Shown here in pieces: positions 37,621 through 48,094 of a DNA stretch of 64,000 nucleotides. Each line of letters opens with the position of its first letter. The first letter of the stretch is position 1. Both the position numbers and the translations under genes were made by a program. A model generated the notes under the pieces. That model saw nothing but the letters and a program-made list of their open reading frames with translations, made no database searches and was not told the origin of the DNA. This DNA comes from an uncultured Planctomycetaceae bacterium (GTDB taxonomy: Bacteria; Planctomycetota; Phycisphaerae; SM23-33): assembly GCA_964632015.1 (NCBI GenBank), contig CAZWAT010000001.1, forward strand, positions 1,834 through 65,833. The letters run 5' to 3'.

Positions 37621-38802
37621 GTGAAAGAACGAAAACTGCGTATCGGGATGATCGGAGCCGGGGGAATCAGTGGAACTCACTGCCAGGGCTGGACCAAACT
37701 GGACGATTGCGAGCTCGTGGCGATTACGGATATCAATCCCTCGGCATCGGCGCACAGGGCACAGGAGTTCAGCATACCTTCCGTCGAGGCGAGCGCCGAA
37801 AAGCTCATCGCCCGCAAGGACATCGACGCGGTGGACATAGTTGTTCCCAACCACTATCACCGGACTTATGCAATCGCCGCCATGAATTCAGGAAAGCACG
37901 TCCTGTGCGAAAAGCCTCTGGCACTGACCTGCAAGGACGTACTCGCGATGATCGCTGCCGGCGAGAAGAACCGCGTAAAACTCATGGCTGCCCAACATAT
38001 GCGATACCAGGATGACACCTTGGCGATGAAAGACTACATCACAAACAATCCACCTGGCGACATCTATTACGCAAGGGCTTGGTACAACAGGCGGCGACAG
38101 TTACCCTGCCGGGCCGGTTTCATGTATATGAAGAACTCCGGCGGAGGCTGTTGCATCGATGTCGGTGTGCACATTCTGGATACCGCGATGTATTTGATGG
38201 ACAATTTCGAACCCGTCAGCGTGAGCGGAATTTCCCTTTTGAAGCTTGCTCGCAGATCCGACGCATGGAGCGAATGGGGCACCATCGACAAACAGAATAT
38301 CGACGTTGAAGATTTCGCCGCAGGCATGGTTCGCTTTGCCAATGGGGCCGCTCTGTCGCTGGAATGCAGCTTCATGCTTAATCAGAAGTCCCGCGCTACA
38401 CACAAGATCGACCTGTTCGGAACAGAGGCGGGCATAAGCTGGCCCGAGTGCGAAATTTATTCGTCGATGAACAACCGGTTCGTTGATACCAGAATTGAAT
38501 ATTTGACCGGTTACCCGGCCCACCACGCGGTGATACGTGCTTTTGCCGAGGCGGTCATGGGCAATACCGACGTTCCCGTTCCACCGCACCAGTCGCTTAA
38601 GGTTATCGCGATACTCGAGGGTCTGTACAAGAGCCAGAAGACCGGCAAAGAGGTTTCTCTGGCCAAGCGAGACAAGCCCGTCCGCAAGGGCAAGCACATT
38701 ACGGTCTCGCCCGCCAGACCCGCCGCCGGCAACATCGCGCTACGCGTTTCGCCACCCAGGGCGCGACAGGACAGGACGCGAAACCGCCCATCCGCCGGGT
38801 AA
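37621..38802 (+). CDS. Gfo/Idh/MocA-family oxidoreductase with a roughly 50-aa basic C-terminal extension
   Basis: GTG at 37621 with CAGGAG RBS 9 nt upstream. Rossmann start KLRIGMIGAGGISGTH. The tail ...KRDKPVRKGKHITVSPARPAAGNIALRVSPPRARQDRTRNRPSAG is unusual for this family. Confidence 0.65.
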   Translation: MKERKLRIGMIGAGGISGTHCQGWTKLDDCELVAITDINPSASAHRAQEFSIPSVEASAEKLIARKDIDAVDIVVPNHYHRTYAIAAMNSGKHVLCEKPLALTCKDVLAMIAAGEKNRVKLMAAQHMRYQDDTLAMKDYITNNPPGDIYYARAWYNRRRQLPCRAGFMYMKNSGGGCCIDVGVHILDTAMYLMDNFEPVSVSGISLLKLARRSDAWSEWGTIDKQNIDVEDFAAGMVRFANGAALSLECSFMLNQKSRATHKIDLFGTEAGISWPECEIYSSMNNRFVDTRIEYLTGYPAHHAVIRAFAEAVMGNTDVPVPPHQSLKVIAILEGLYKSQKTGKEVSLAKRDKPVRKGKHITVSPARPAAGNIALRVSPPRARQDRTRNRPSAG

Positions 38803-38943
38803 TTCAACAACGGCATCAGCACATACTGGTGCTATCATTCTCAAGGCGATGATCAGTCACGTCTGACATATATCCGTGCGCACGCATAATTGGTTGTGGG
38901 ATGTTGATTGCACAACTGCCATAAAAAACCGGATATCCCTGCA

Positions 38944-38949
38944 TATAAT
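38944..38949 (+). promoter_or_regulatory. Perfect TATAAT -10 hexamer upstream of the DUF378 gene
   Basis: TATAAT lies about 80 nt upstream of ATG 39030. There is no good -35 at 17 bp. Low-confidence promoter element. Confidence 0.25.
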
Positions 38950-39029
38950 TTAGTGAAAGACAAGGGGACCGCCGGTAGGGAGTGCGAGCGTGAGCACTGA
39001 GCCCCTTTAACCAAGCAGGGAGAAGTAAA

Positions 39030-39284
39030 ATGGAAAGTCGACTGAAAACATTGGACTTGGTCGCCTTGATTCTGGTGATCATAGGCGGCATCAACTGGCT
39101 GCTGGTAGGCCTGTTTACGTTTGACGTGGTGGCGGCCATCTTTGGAAGTATGGCGGCAATAACCCGCGCTATCTATGTTCTTGTCGGTATAGCTGCGATC
39201 TACGTTGCCGCACGGTCGCCATATCTTGCCCATTATCGGGAGAAAGGACGCGTTCGTGGAACGCCACCGCATCCCGCTACTTAG
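39030..39284 (+). CDS. DUF378-family small membrane protein
   Basis: LDLVALILVIIGGINWLLVGLFTFDVVAAIFGSMAAITRAIYVLVGIAAIY is the characteristic DUF378 two-helix pattern. RBS AGGGAGAAG. Confidence 0.7.
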   Translation: MESRLKTLDLVALILVIIGGINWLLVGLFTFDVVAAIFGSMAAITRAIYVLVGIAAIYVAARSPYLAHYREKGRVRGTPPHPAT

Positions 39285-39311
39285 CGACTTGCGGTGAGCC
39301 GCGCAGATAGC

Positions 39312-39355
39312 GGAACCGGGGCACAGGGGGGGCTGCCCAGGTTCCGTTTTTTTTT
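39312..39355 (+). terminator. Rho-independent terminator after the DUF378 gene
   Basis: 12-bp stem GGAACCGGGGCA / TGCCCAGGTTCC (one mismatch) with a G-rich loop, followed by T9. Confidence 0.65.
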
Positions 39356-39411
39356 CATCTTCTTGCACTTGTAACCTGTTGAACTTAAGCTCTTTGCCAA
39401 GGAGTACACCT

Positions 39412-40449
39412 ATGAGCAAATGGTTTTCCTTGGTCGGGCTTCACATCCTTGTTTTTTCATTTGCCGGCTGCAACCGCGGCAACGATGAGGCAATGTCACT
39501 GGCGGTTGACAGATTCAAGCTCAGCATGTCCGGGCCGAACTATGCCGCCGCGAGATCAACCAGTGACTCGGTGACAGACACGCCCGAGGCGGATTCACAA
39601 CTGAAGATGCTCAGTGAAAGCCTCGGCGAATCAGAGACAGATAAACAGGTGGATTACTGCCCCACCATCGACGGAGAGCTTGTCTCAAAAGACGACCTGA
39701 AACATCCGTCGCAAATTCACTGGAGCCGTCGTCATGGGCCTGCGTATCCCGGCGAGATCTGGCCAACCTTCGAGGTATGGGCAAAAGAACTGCCGGCAAC
39801 GATATGGGACGACACCGTCGCCACCGCCAAGAATCGCCTGGCGCTTCTTGGGTTCGCCGCCGCAGGCGCCACAGGCATAGCCATAAACGCCTCCGGTGCT
39901 GATGATCGCGTAGCCGATCACTACACCAAGCACGGGACTCAACTCAACACCTTCTGGGATATGGTCGGTGACGTGGGCGGAAACCCTGGGCTTCATTTCG
40001 CCGTCGCCGGCGCCATGTACTTCACCGCGCTGGCAAGAGAAGACAGCGTCGAATACGAACGCGCGACAACGATGATCAACGCGCTGGCGATCAACGGTGC
40101 AGTGACATTGGCTCTGAAGGGAATCGTCCGCACCAGAAGCCCCAATGGAGATCCGTATGGCTGGCCCAGCGGTCATACCTCCAGCGCTTTTACCTTCGCC
40201 ACCGTCGCATATGAGCAGTACGGACCATGGGTCGGGGTACCACTGTTAGCACTTGCCACATATGTGGGCTACGAGAGGATAGACGCCCGAAACCACGATT
40301 TTTCCGACGTCATCAGCGGGGCCATTCTTGGCATCGCGATAGGTCATGCAGTTTCCCAAAACCACATGCCGCGAATCGCCGGGTTCGACATGATACCGTA
40401 CGCCTCGCCGAACGGAACAGTGGGCATAGTATTCTCGAAACAGTGGTGA
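39412..40449 (+). CDS. PAP2-family (acid phosphatase / phosphatidic-acid phosphatase type 2) lipoprotein
   Basis: ATG at 39412 with AAGGAG RBS. Lipobox LVFSFAGC. PAP2 motifs KGIVRTRS, PSGHTS and IDARNHDFSDV (SRxxxxxHxxxD-like). Confidence 0.7.
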   Translation: MSKWFSLVGLHILVFSFAGCNRGNDEAMSLAVDRFKLSMSGPNYAAARSTSDSVTDTPEADSQLKMLSESLGESETDKQVDYCPTIDGELVSKDDLKHPSQIHWSRRHGPAYPGEIWPTFEVWAKELPATIWDDTVATAKNRLALLGFAAAGATGIAINASGADDRVADHYTKHGTQLNTFWDMVGDVGGNPGLHFAVAGAMYFTALAREDSVEYERATTMINALAINGAVTLALKGIVRTRSPNGDPYGWPSGHTSSAFTFATVAYEQYGPWVGVPLLALATYVGYERIDARNHDFSDVISGAILGIAIGHAVSQNHMPRIAGFDMIPYASPNGTVGIVFSKQW

Positions 40450-40458
40450 CATCGCCCC

Positions 40459-41394
40459 TCAGGCGATTCCATTTGGCGCGGGCGGTTCGTTCTTAGGGCG
40501 ATGCTTCCACCTGCGGTGAGCCCAGAGATACTGGGCTGGGTCCTGACGAATTACATCTTCCAATGCGCTCGTATACTCCTGTGTGATCCACAGGACCGGG
40601 TCGTCAGCATCCCGCCATTCATCGGGCCTGATGATTCGCGTCACTCCGACCTCGAACGCCTGCTTGTCTTCGATCCTCCTGCCGTACCCTACGACCACCG
40701 GCGCATCATAATTGATCGCCATCAACGCAATAATCTTGAAGGTACTGGCCTTCCTGCCAAAAAAGTCCACAAAAACCCCTCGCCGTCCAGCATCCTGGTC
40801 GGCAATGAAACTGACCGCTCCACGCTGGGCAAGCAGGTCGGGAACCACCACCGAGGCACCCTTCTTATCCAGAATTCGCTGGCCTGTCTTCTCTCGCACG
40901 CCGATGACGTAACGATCGATGTAGGGGTTGTCAAGCCGCCTGGCAACCGAGACGGTGGGAAATCCCAGAAGCGCCATGAAATACCCCGCCACTTCCCAAT
41001 TCCCGTAATGTCCGGTGATGAATATCAACGGACTCGTGCTTTCTAGCAGCATCTTCAGCGGCTCGCCCAGGTTTTTGAGGCGAAAATGTTTTCGCCACGT
41101 CTGGACCCTCAGAATCTTTGGCGTATAGACAAATTCGATTCCAAGATAAACCAGGCTACGAAGCGACGCACGGGCGACGCTGGCTACTCGTCGTTCACTC
41201 CACTGCGGAAAGCTCCGGCGAACATGCTCCATCGCCCGAATGCGATGACGCCTGTCGAAACGCCACATCAGGTTTCCAATGACCTTGCCCAGACGGTAAT
41301 TCGCCTGGATGCTGAACATGTGCACAAACATGATGAACAGCCTCATCGCGAGGTACTGCGCGTAGTCCACGTATTTGTTTCTGGGCTTGGCCAT
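40459..41394 (-). CDS. Lipid A biosynthesis lauroyl/myristoyl acyltransferase (LpxL/HtrB family)
   Basis: Lysophospholipid-acyltransferase HxxxxE motif TGHYGNWEV within an HtrB-like fold of 311 aa. Confidence 0.7.
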   Translation of the reverse strand: MAKPRNKYVDYAQYLAMRLFIMFVHMFSIQANYRLGKVIGNLMWRFDRRHRIRAMEHVRRSFPQWSERRVASVARASLRSLVYLGIEFVYTPKILRVQTWRKHFRLKNLGEPLKMLLESTSPLIFITGHYGNWEVAGYFMALLGFPTVSVARRLDNPYIDRYVIGVREKTGQRILDKKGASVVVPDLLAQRGAVSFIADQDAGRRGVFVDFFGRKASTFKIIALMAINYDAPVVVGYGRRIEDKQAFEVGVTRIIRPDEWRDADDPVLWITQEYTSALEDVIRQDPAQYLWAHRRWKHRPKNEPPAPNGIA

Positions 41395-41459
41395 GGTTGA
41401 GGTGTATAGCCCAACAAAGCCCTGTTTGCAAGCGGGGCTTGTGCTGGTAAACTATCGGC

Positions 41460-42443
41460 ATGAGAACAGCAAGACGATTCATCAACACGCTCAGGCCTGG
41501 TGAGGCAATCGAAGAGGTCTTTCTTGTCAGGGATAAGGATCTTCGCACAACTAAGACCGGTGATCTGTACATTACGTGTTCACTGGTGGATCGTAGCGGC
41601 CACCTTCCCGCGAGGATGTGGCAGGCGAGTCAGACCATATTCAACGCGATAGAAACCAATGGTTTTCTTCAAGTCAAGGGGCGCACAGAAGATTACCGCG
41701 GCACGCTTCAGTTTGTGATAGACTCGTGCAGGCCTTGCAAACAGGAGAAAGTCGACCTGGCCGATTTTCTGCCCGTCAGCGAGCAGGACATTGAGCAGAT
41801 GTGGGGCGAGTTGATCGAGATCATGCGGTCGGTAAAGGACGAGTGGCTGCGAAGGCTAATCAAGAAATTCCTGGAAGATCACGACCTTGTCGCCGCCTAC
41901 AAGAGATCCCCCGCCGCCACGGCCATGCATCATAATTTCGTAGGTGGGCTGCTCGAACACACGCTCAACATCGCCAAGGCGGCAGAGGCTTTACTGCCCC
42001 TTTATCCCAAGGTCAATGCGGACCTGGTGCTGACGGGCATTTTTATGCATGACATCGGAAAGACCGCCGAGCTTTCATCCGGCACGAGCATCCAATACAC
42101 TGACCAGGGCCAGTTGATCGGGCACATCACGCTTGCGACACTGTGGATCGAACAGAAGGCATCAGAGCTTGCACAGCAGTATGGAGAACCTTTCCCCAGA
42201 AGGACGCTCGACCTGGTTGAGCATATTGTCCTGTCGCACCACGGTTCTTTGGAGTACGGTTCGCCTAAGCTTCCGGCGATACCCGAAGCCTTCATGATTC
42301 ACTATCTCGATAACCTCGACGCCAAGATGTTCATGACGACACAGCAGATCGAGAACGATCCGGATGAATCGTCTGACTTCACGCCGTATCAGCGGGAGTT
42401 GCAGGTTCGGCTGTACAAGAAATCACGCGAGCTCAAGCAGTAG
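41460..42443 (+). CDS. YhaM-like 3'-5' exoribonuclease (OB-fold plus HD domain)
   Basis: N-terminal OB-fold region followed by an HD domain: HHNFVGGLLEHTL...GIFMHDIGKTAEL...HIVLSHHG. Confidence 0.55.
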   Translation: MRTARRFINTLRPGEAIEEVFLVRDKDLRTTKTGDLYITCSLVDRSGHLPARMWQASQTIFNAIETNGFLQVKGRTEDYRGTLQFVIDSCRPCKQEKVDLADFLPVSEQDIEQMWGELIEIMRSVKDEWLRRLIKKFLEDHDLVAAYKRSPAATAMHHNFVGGLLEHTLNIAKAAEALLPLYPKVNADLVLTGIFMHDIGKTAELSSGTSIQYTDQGQLIGHITLATLWIEQKASELAQQYGEPFPRRTLDLVEHIVLSHHGSLEYGSPKLPAIPEAFMIHYLDNLDAKMFMTTQQIENDPDESSDFTPYQRELQVRLYKKSRELKQ

Positions 42444-42468
42444 GTCAACAGCCTCGCGGTCATTCGCC

Positions 42469-42945
42469 TCAGAGCTTCATAATGTAGTGCACCTGTTGCG
42501 CCACTTCCTTGAACCCAAGCGATGGATACAGGTGCCTACCTACCTCGTTTATCGTCAGAGTCTCTATTTTCGCCTGTTCGAGCTTGAGCGAACGGAAATA
42601 CTCCAAGGCCGCGGTGAGCAGCTTTCTGCCCACGCCATGCCCCTGTGCCTTGGCCCGAACTGCCAGGTTGTTGATAATTCCCCGTGACGCGATCTTGTTC
42701 ACGCTCGTGGTAGCATAACCCACCAGTTCACCATCCAGCTCGGCGATAAACGCGCCGGAAAGGTTGTCGGCAAGTTCCTTCCTGATGGTATTGCCCTTGA
42801 TCTCGATCCACGAGGCGGGAGCGCCGATCATGCTTTCTATCATCGCGTCTATCGAAACCGGGCCGAAAACCTCTTCGGTTACTGCGATTATGGCATCGAC
42901 ATCGCTCTCCCGGGCCTGCCTGATTATCACCGATCCTTCAACCAT
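42469..42945 (-). CDS. GNAT-family N-acetyltransferase
   Basis: ATG at 42945 with GAGGGA RBS. Acetyl-CoA-binding motif NLAVRAKAQGHGVGRKLL. Confidence 0.7.
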   Translation of the reverse strand: MVEGSVIIRQARESDVDAIIAVTEEVFGPVSIDAMIESMIGAPASWIEIKGNTIRKELADNLSGAFIAELDGELVGYATTSVNKIASRGIINNLAVRAKAQGHGVGRKLLTAALEYFRSLKLEQAKIETLTINEVGRHLYPSLGFKEVAQQVHYIMKL

Positions 42946-42977
42946 CAACCGTACTCCCTCGATTAAAATCAACCCTG

Positions 42978-44207
42978 TCAACCTTTTGCCATTTGTCCTG
43001 CCAACAACCCGCTCGAAAAAGCCCATTGCAGATTGAAGCCGCCACTGGGTCCATCAAGATCCAGTATTTCACCCGCAAAGTAAAGTCCATCGGTCAACCT
43101 GCTTGCGAGAGTCCGGGGATCAACCTCCGAAAGATCGACGCCGCCCCTTGTCACCATCGCAGCCGACCAGCCCTCGGTCGCGGTTATGGTAAGTGTGGTC
43201 CTGCCAAGAATCCGCGCCAGCTTTCTGGCATCCGCGGAGCTGACATGAGCACATGCGACACCGCATTCTGTTCCCGCCGCCTCGCATAACGCACGTGCCA
43301 GCCTGGAGGGAATGAAATCAGCAAGGTATGACGCGACACTTCTTCTACCATGCTCCCGCCTGGCCAGATCGAGTCGACTCAACCACTCACGTTCATCAAT
43401 TCCGGTCATCGCGAGCGTCAACTCGACTGCCTTTGCCCCTTCGCCAAGAATCCTGCCCACCTCGCTCGAAATATTCAGCACCGCCGGGCCCGAAATACCC
43501 CTGTGCGTGAACAAGACCGAGCCTTGCTCGCTCGCCCGCAGGCCGGGGACGTGGATCCGCACCTGTACGTCATCCATACTTATGCCCGCACAACCGCCCG
43601 GCCAGCGTTCCTTCGTCACCAGCGGCACCAGGGCCCATGTGGGCAGAACAATTTTATGCCCGCACTGCCTGGCGAGCTTGTATCCGATATCGCTCCCACC
43701 AAGGGCGGGATATCCCCTGCCCCCGCAACACAGAATCACTCTGGTGCTGGTGATCGTACCTTCGGATGTTTCAAGCCCCACCACCTTTCCATGGCTCACC
43801 TTCGGCGCCTTGGCCGCCGAGTTGAACATGAACCGCACGCGCCGGGTTCGGCACTCGTCGAGCAAGGCGTTCAGAACATCGCTGCTTCGTTGCGAAACAG
43901 GGTATACATGCACCCCGTCGGGCGAGAATGTCCGCACGCCGAGGTTTTGCAGCATCTCCCTTAAACCCGCCGGGTCGATCGCCTTGAGCGCGGGTCTGAT
44001 GAATCCGCCCCGTTTTCCGAACGCCTTGACGAACTCCTTGATTCCAAGCGTGTTGGTGACGTTGCATCGTCCGCCACCGCTGGCGAGGAGTTTCAACCCC
44101 GGCCGGGACATCCGCTCCAAAACCGTCACCGAGGCTCCGTGGGCGGCTGAAATGGCGGCTGCGAGCCCCGCGGGACCCGCACCCACTATAACCACATCGC
44201 TCGACAT
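42978..44207 (-). CDS. HI0933-family FAD-dependent flavoprotein (BaiN/aminoacetone-oxidase-like)
   Basis: DVVIVGAGPAGLAAA dinucleotide-binding start, the GGGRCNVTN motif, and a C-terminal YFAGEILDLDGPSGGFNLQWA motif typical of the HI0933 family. The exact start is uncertain (44207 or 44222). Confidence 0.7.
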   Translation of the reverse strand: MSSDVVIVGAGPAGLAAAISAAHGASVTVLERMSRPGLKLLASGGGRCNVTNTLGIKEFVKAFGKRGGFIRPALKAIDPAGLREMLQNLGVRTFSPDGVHVYPVSQRSSDVLNALLDECRTRRVRFMFNSAAKAPKVSHGKVVGLETSEGTITSTRVILCCGGRGYPALGGSDIGYKLARQCGHKIVLPTWALVPLVTKERWPGGCAGISMDDVQVRIHVPGLRASEQGSVLFTHRGISGPAVLNISSEVGRILGEGAKAVELTLAMTGIDEREWLSRLDLARREHGRRSVASYLADFIPSRLARALCEAAGTECGVACAHVSSADARKLARILGRTTLTITATEGWSAAMVTRGGVDLSEVDPRTLASRLTDGLYFAGEILDLDGPSGGFNLQWAFSSGLLAGQMAKG

Positions 44208-44359
44208 GTGTCGGCTTTCCATGACGCTATCATGTTGCAGGTGCACTCATGATTCAACTGCAAAGCGCGGGTTCGGCGATCCCGGTCGACCTGCCCCGAT
44301 TCCCAGCAGGTCATGCATCGGCAAAAGGGCAACCGACGCCGCATCCAGGAGGCACGAAC

Positions 44360-47300
44360 ATGTCGGAAAAGCACTCGACAGAACCTCAAAACACCCAAGC
44401 CCACCACCAGCCTCGAAGACGCCGCTGGCCATGGATATTGCTTGCGGTAGCTGTGATACTTATCGTCATGGTACTTCTGCTGCCTATCATCCTTTCAACG
44501 TCCGCTGGACCCAACCTGATTAAAACCGTCGTTAATCCACGAATAAGGGGCTCGATATCGGTTGAGGACATGAATGTCTCATGGGCAGGCCCGACAAGGC
44601 TCATAAACCTTCGAGCCTTCGACCCACAGGGCAGAGAGGTTCTGCATGTCAACGAGGTGGTCTATAGTGCGGGGCTATGGGGGCTGGCGACATCAGCAAT
44701 GGATTTCGACACTCTCGACGTTGACCAGCCACATGCTGTTGCACACGTCGACGAAGACGGAACAGTCTCACTTGCCCAGGCTTTCGAGCCGGTTGAACCC
44801 AGTGAACGCGACACGCCCACGCCTAGGGTTAGAGGCAGGATGAGGGTCCGCTCTGGACAAATGCGCATAATGCACGCCCGCGCGATGGAGCAACCCTACA
44901 CCATCCAGAACATCGATGTGGATGCCAACTTCGACTCCCTTAACGATATCAGCGGAACTTTCAGCGCACAGACCCATCAGCAGGGGTTGATCACCGGTGA
45001 ATTCAACGCACGCAACCTGTTTCCCGAGGACGGCTTGGACCTTCAGCGCGTCAGCGGTGATGTGTTGGTGCGGACGGCTGAGCCTATCGACCTGGCGCCA
45101 TTGGCGCTGGCGTTGGGAAGGGCGAACATGACCGGTATAGTGAATCTGCTTCTACATGCCCGTATGGATAATGGAGTGGGCGGGGGCGAATTGGATATGG
45201 AAATAGCAAACCTTTCGGCTGCGGCTGACGACGCCCGACCAGAGCCCATTACTGTAAGTCTTGTCGGGGAATTCGTAGCAGATGCCGAGGAAATTCGCGG
45301 CGGCGCTAACTTGTCGGCAGCGGGCGAAGTTATCACCCGCTTCAGTTGGCGCAACACCGATGCGCCGCCTCTTGACGCGGACAATATCATCTCGGCGGTG
45401 ATGACCGGCAAAAACGTCGCCATGCCTGCCTTCTCATTGGTCGCCGATGGACAGGTGGATGTAGCGCGTCTATCAAGGGCGATTCCGGCGCTGATGTCGA
45501 TCAGGCCCGGAACCGCGATACAGCGAGGCCAGTTCGTGCTTCGGGACGTTCAGGCGTCCGGAGGACCTCAGCCGAGCTGCACAGGCGTGCTTGCACTTCT
45601 CAACGCGGCGGTGCTTCAAAACGGGCAATTGAGCGAATGGCAGGACATCGAGATTACGCTTGACGGCAGAGTGATTGAAGGCACAGGCCTGCATCTGCGC
45701 CACATGATCGCCCGGGCACAGTGGGGGCTCATCGAAGCAACGGGAACGCCCGCCAGGATGGACTCGCAATACCGCATCGATCTTGCGGGTTTTCAGTCCC
45801 AGGTGACACAGGTCTTCGACATGGGCCAGACCAGGCTGACGGGTGTCATCGACGGCAGCGCACAGGTGATCAGGGCAACCGACCAGCGATTTGATTATCG
45901 GCTCGACACTAACGTCACGGACTTCGCCTACCGTGACGACCAGACGCACATCGAGGTGCAGACGGGAAGAATCGACCAGCAGGGAACGATTATCCTTGAA
46001 GATAACAGGTTTCGCGGGCTCGACGTTGCACACACCACGCTGAACCTTGACGATGATCTGATCATCGGCGCCCAAGGTCAACTCGACCAACAGCAGGGGG
46101 CGATCGAGGGAACTGTGAATATCCAGCGGGTATCGGTGGGATATCTCGACACCCTTCTTACCGGTTTCACGGCCCAGACTCCCCGAGAACTCGGCGGTAG
46201 CATCTCGGGCGTGGCGAGGCTGCATCGTCCCCATGCACAATCGCCACTTTTGAGCGAGGGTACTGTGACTATTCGCGATCTTCGCGACAGAGACGCCATC
46301 ATCGAGCCCGGCGATACGGTGCTGAAATGGACAGGCCTGGAGTATGACCTGCCATCCTCGTTGGCGCTTGAGCAGGCTAGTCTCACAAGCGCGTCGACCA
46401 ATGCCACCGCTTCGAATTTTCGCTATGAACCCCAGCCCGCAATGGTGCTCACCGGCCTTGTGGAGGCGTCGTCAGATCTGCGTGGGGTGTCGCGCATTGT
46501 GCGGGGCCTCGCCCAGGTCGATCTGCCGGAGATGGCCGGTCAGTTAAACCTGACCCACACTTTCGCACCCGCTGGGGTCGAGGGCATCATACCCGTCCAC
46601 GGCAGGATGCTTGTGAGTGGTTTCGTATTGGGCCAGGGTACGCAGGCGTTGAGGGAGGATGAAATCGATCTGGTCTACGCCGCGACTATCGACCCGCAGA
46701 GGGACATCCTTCAGCTTGATCAGGCCAGGCTATCATCGGCAATCATCTCTACGCAGGCTCGGGGAACCATAGAAGAGCTTTCAAATCGTCTCGTGATGAA
46801 CATTTCCGGCGATTATCAGGGCGACTGGAATCGAATCACCACTGCAATTCACCAGGTCGCCCCGGACACTCGCGAAAACATAGCGATGTCAGGCAGCAGC
46901 GCGGGGGACTTCGTCATAACCGGACCTGCACGCGATGCCACCGTCACGCCGGCGTTCAGAGGTGTCGAAGCTCGAACGGCTGTGACTTGGAATTCAGGCA
47001 GGCTTTATGGTATCGAAATTGGCCCGGGAAGGCTCGATCCTTCATTCAGCGACGGCAGGCTCAGCGTACCGGACACGCAGGTGTCCGCCTCCGATGGCGT
47101 CATCCGTATAGGTGGAATTGTGGACCTCACGGGAGAGGACACCTCGTATGCTCACGCCGGGCAGTTGTTCGTCATGGAAGGCGTGCGAGTCAATCCCGAT
47201 ATGTCGCGTGAAATCCTCAGCAGGGTCAACCCGCTATTCTACAGGCTTGCGCAGGTGGATGGACTGGCTTCGCTGGAGGTGTCAGAGCTGTTCCTGCCAT

Positions 47301-47935
47301 TAAGCGACGCCATCTTGGAGCGAGGCAGCGGCAGCGGCGTGCTCGATCTATCAGAGTTGACTCTACAGCCGCTGGGTCCGATGGCCTTGCTTGTTCGCAT
47401 GATGGGGCTTTCCGAGGGGCCACAGCGGGTTATACCTCATCCGGTTCAATTCGCCATTGAGCGGGGCAGGTTGGCGTTTCGGGAGTTCAGACTGGACATG
47501 GGCGGGCAGGTGCTTTTCTTTGACGGGTCAGTCGGCTTCGACGATTCGGTCGACATGGTCGTATCGGTGCCCGTTGGCGCAGAGCTTCTCAGGAGTCTTG
47601 GCGCCAGAGGCGCGGTTGATGACTGGGCAGAGGTGCTTGATGGCGTGAGGATTAGCATACCCATTGTCGGCACGAGGGATCGGCCGCAGCTTGACACAGC
47701 ATCTGTCAACATTCGCCCACTCATAGACCAGGCCGTCCAGACGCTTATTCAGCAACAGCTTCGGGAGCGCCTGGCGCCTCGCTCAGCACAGGATGGTCAG
47801 GACGATCAGCCGGGTCCCTCGCTACCACCACAACGCAGTGAAGACGAGGAGGAGCCTCGCCCAAGCACGCAGCCGGCGGATGAAGACGAAGCCCCACAGC
47901 CCGATAGGCGGTTTCCGTTTCCGTTCCTCAGGTAG
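44360..47935 (+). CDS. AsmA/TamB-like giant envelope protein (N-terminal TM anchor, long beta-rich domain, acidic Pro-rich tail)
   Basis: ATG at 44360 with AGGAGG RBS. RRRRWPWILLAVAVILIVMVLLLPIIL anchor followed by PNLIKTVVNPRIRGSISVEDMNVSW..., as in AsmA-family proteins. 1191 aa. C-terminal DEDEAPQPDRRFPFPFLR. Confidence 0.5.
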   Translation: MSEKHSTEPQNTQAHHQPRRRRWPWILLAVAVILIVMVLLLPIILSTSAGPNLIKTVVNPRIRGSISVEDMNVSWAGPTRLINLRAFDPQGREVLHVNEVVYSAGLWGLATSAMDFDTLDVDQPHAVAHVDEDGTVSLAQAFEPVEPSERDTPTPRVRGRMRVRSGQMRIMHARAMEQPYTIQNIDVDANFDSLNDISGTFSAQTHQQGLITGEFNARNLFPEDGLDLQRVSGDVLVRTAEPIDLAPLALALGRANMTGIVNLLLHARMDNGVGGGELDMEIANLSAAADDARPEPITVSLVGEFVADAEEIRGGANLSAAGEVITRFSWRNTDAPPLDADNIISAVMTGKNVAMPAFSLVADGQVDVARLSRAIPALMSIRPGTAIQRGQFVLRDVQASGGPQPSCTGVLALLNAAVLQNGQLSEWQDIEITLDGRVIEGTGLHLRHMIARAQWGLIEATGTPARMDSQYRIDLAGFQSQVTQVFDMGQTRLTGVIDGSAQVIRATDQRFDYRLDTNVTDFAYRDDQTHIEVQTGRIDQQGTIILEDNRFRGLDVAHTTLNLDDDLIIGAQGQLDQQQGAIEGTVNIQRVSVGYLDTLLTGFTAQTPRELGGSISGVARLHRPHAQSPLLSEGTVTIRDLRDRDAIIEPGDTVLKWTGLEYDLPSSLALEQASLTSASTNATASNFRYEPQPAMVLTGLVEASSDLRGVSRIVRGLAQVDLPEMAGQLNLTHTFAPAGVEGIIPVHGRMLVSGFVLGQGTQALREDEIDLVYAATIDPQRDILQLDQARLSSAIISTQARGTIEELSNRLVMNISGDYQGDWNRITTAIHQVAPDTRENIAMSGSSAGDFVITGPARDATVTPAFRGVEARTAVTWNSGRLYGIEIGPGRLDPSFSDGRLSVPDTQVSASDGVIRIGGIVDLTGEDTSYAHAGQLFVMEGVRVNPDMSREILSRVNPLFYRLAQVDGLASLEVSELFLPLSDAILERGSGSGVLDLSELTLQPLGPMALLVRMMGLSEGPQRVIPHPVQFAIERGRLAFREFRLDMGGQVLFFDGSVGFDDSVDMVVSVPVGAELLRSLGARGAVDDWAEVLDGVRISIPIVGTRDRPQLDTASVNIRPLIDQAVQTLIQQQLRERLAPRSAQDGQDDQPGPSLPPQRSEDEEEPRPSTQPADEDEAPQPDRRFPFPFLR

Positions 47936-48094
47936 ATGCTCGTCAACACGCCCGGGCGTGTGGACTTGATTTCGTTGCACGAAATAAAGTTGCACACAGA
48001 GGCCCTCGGGGCCGGCTTCCTGGCTTGGGCGAGCGAAGCGAGGCAAAGGGCGAATCTACTGTTCTATTGTTCTCATGTATTTGGCAACTGCGAA

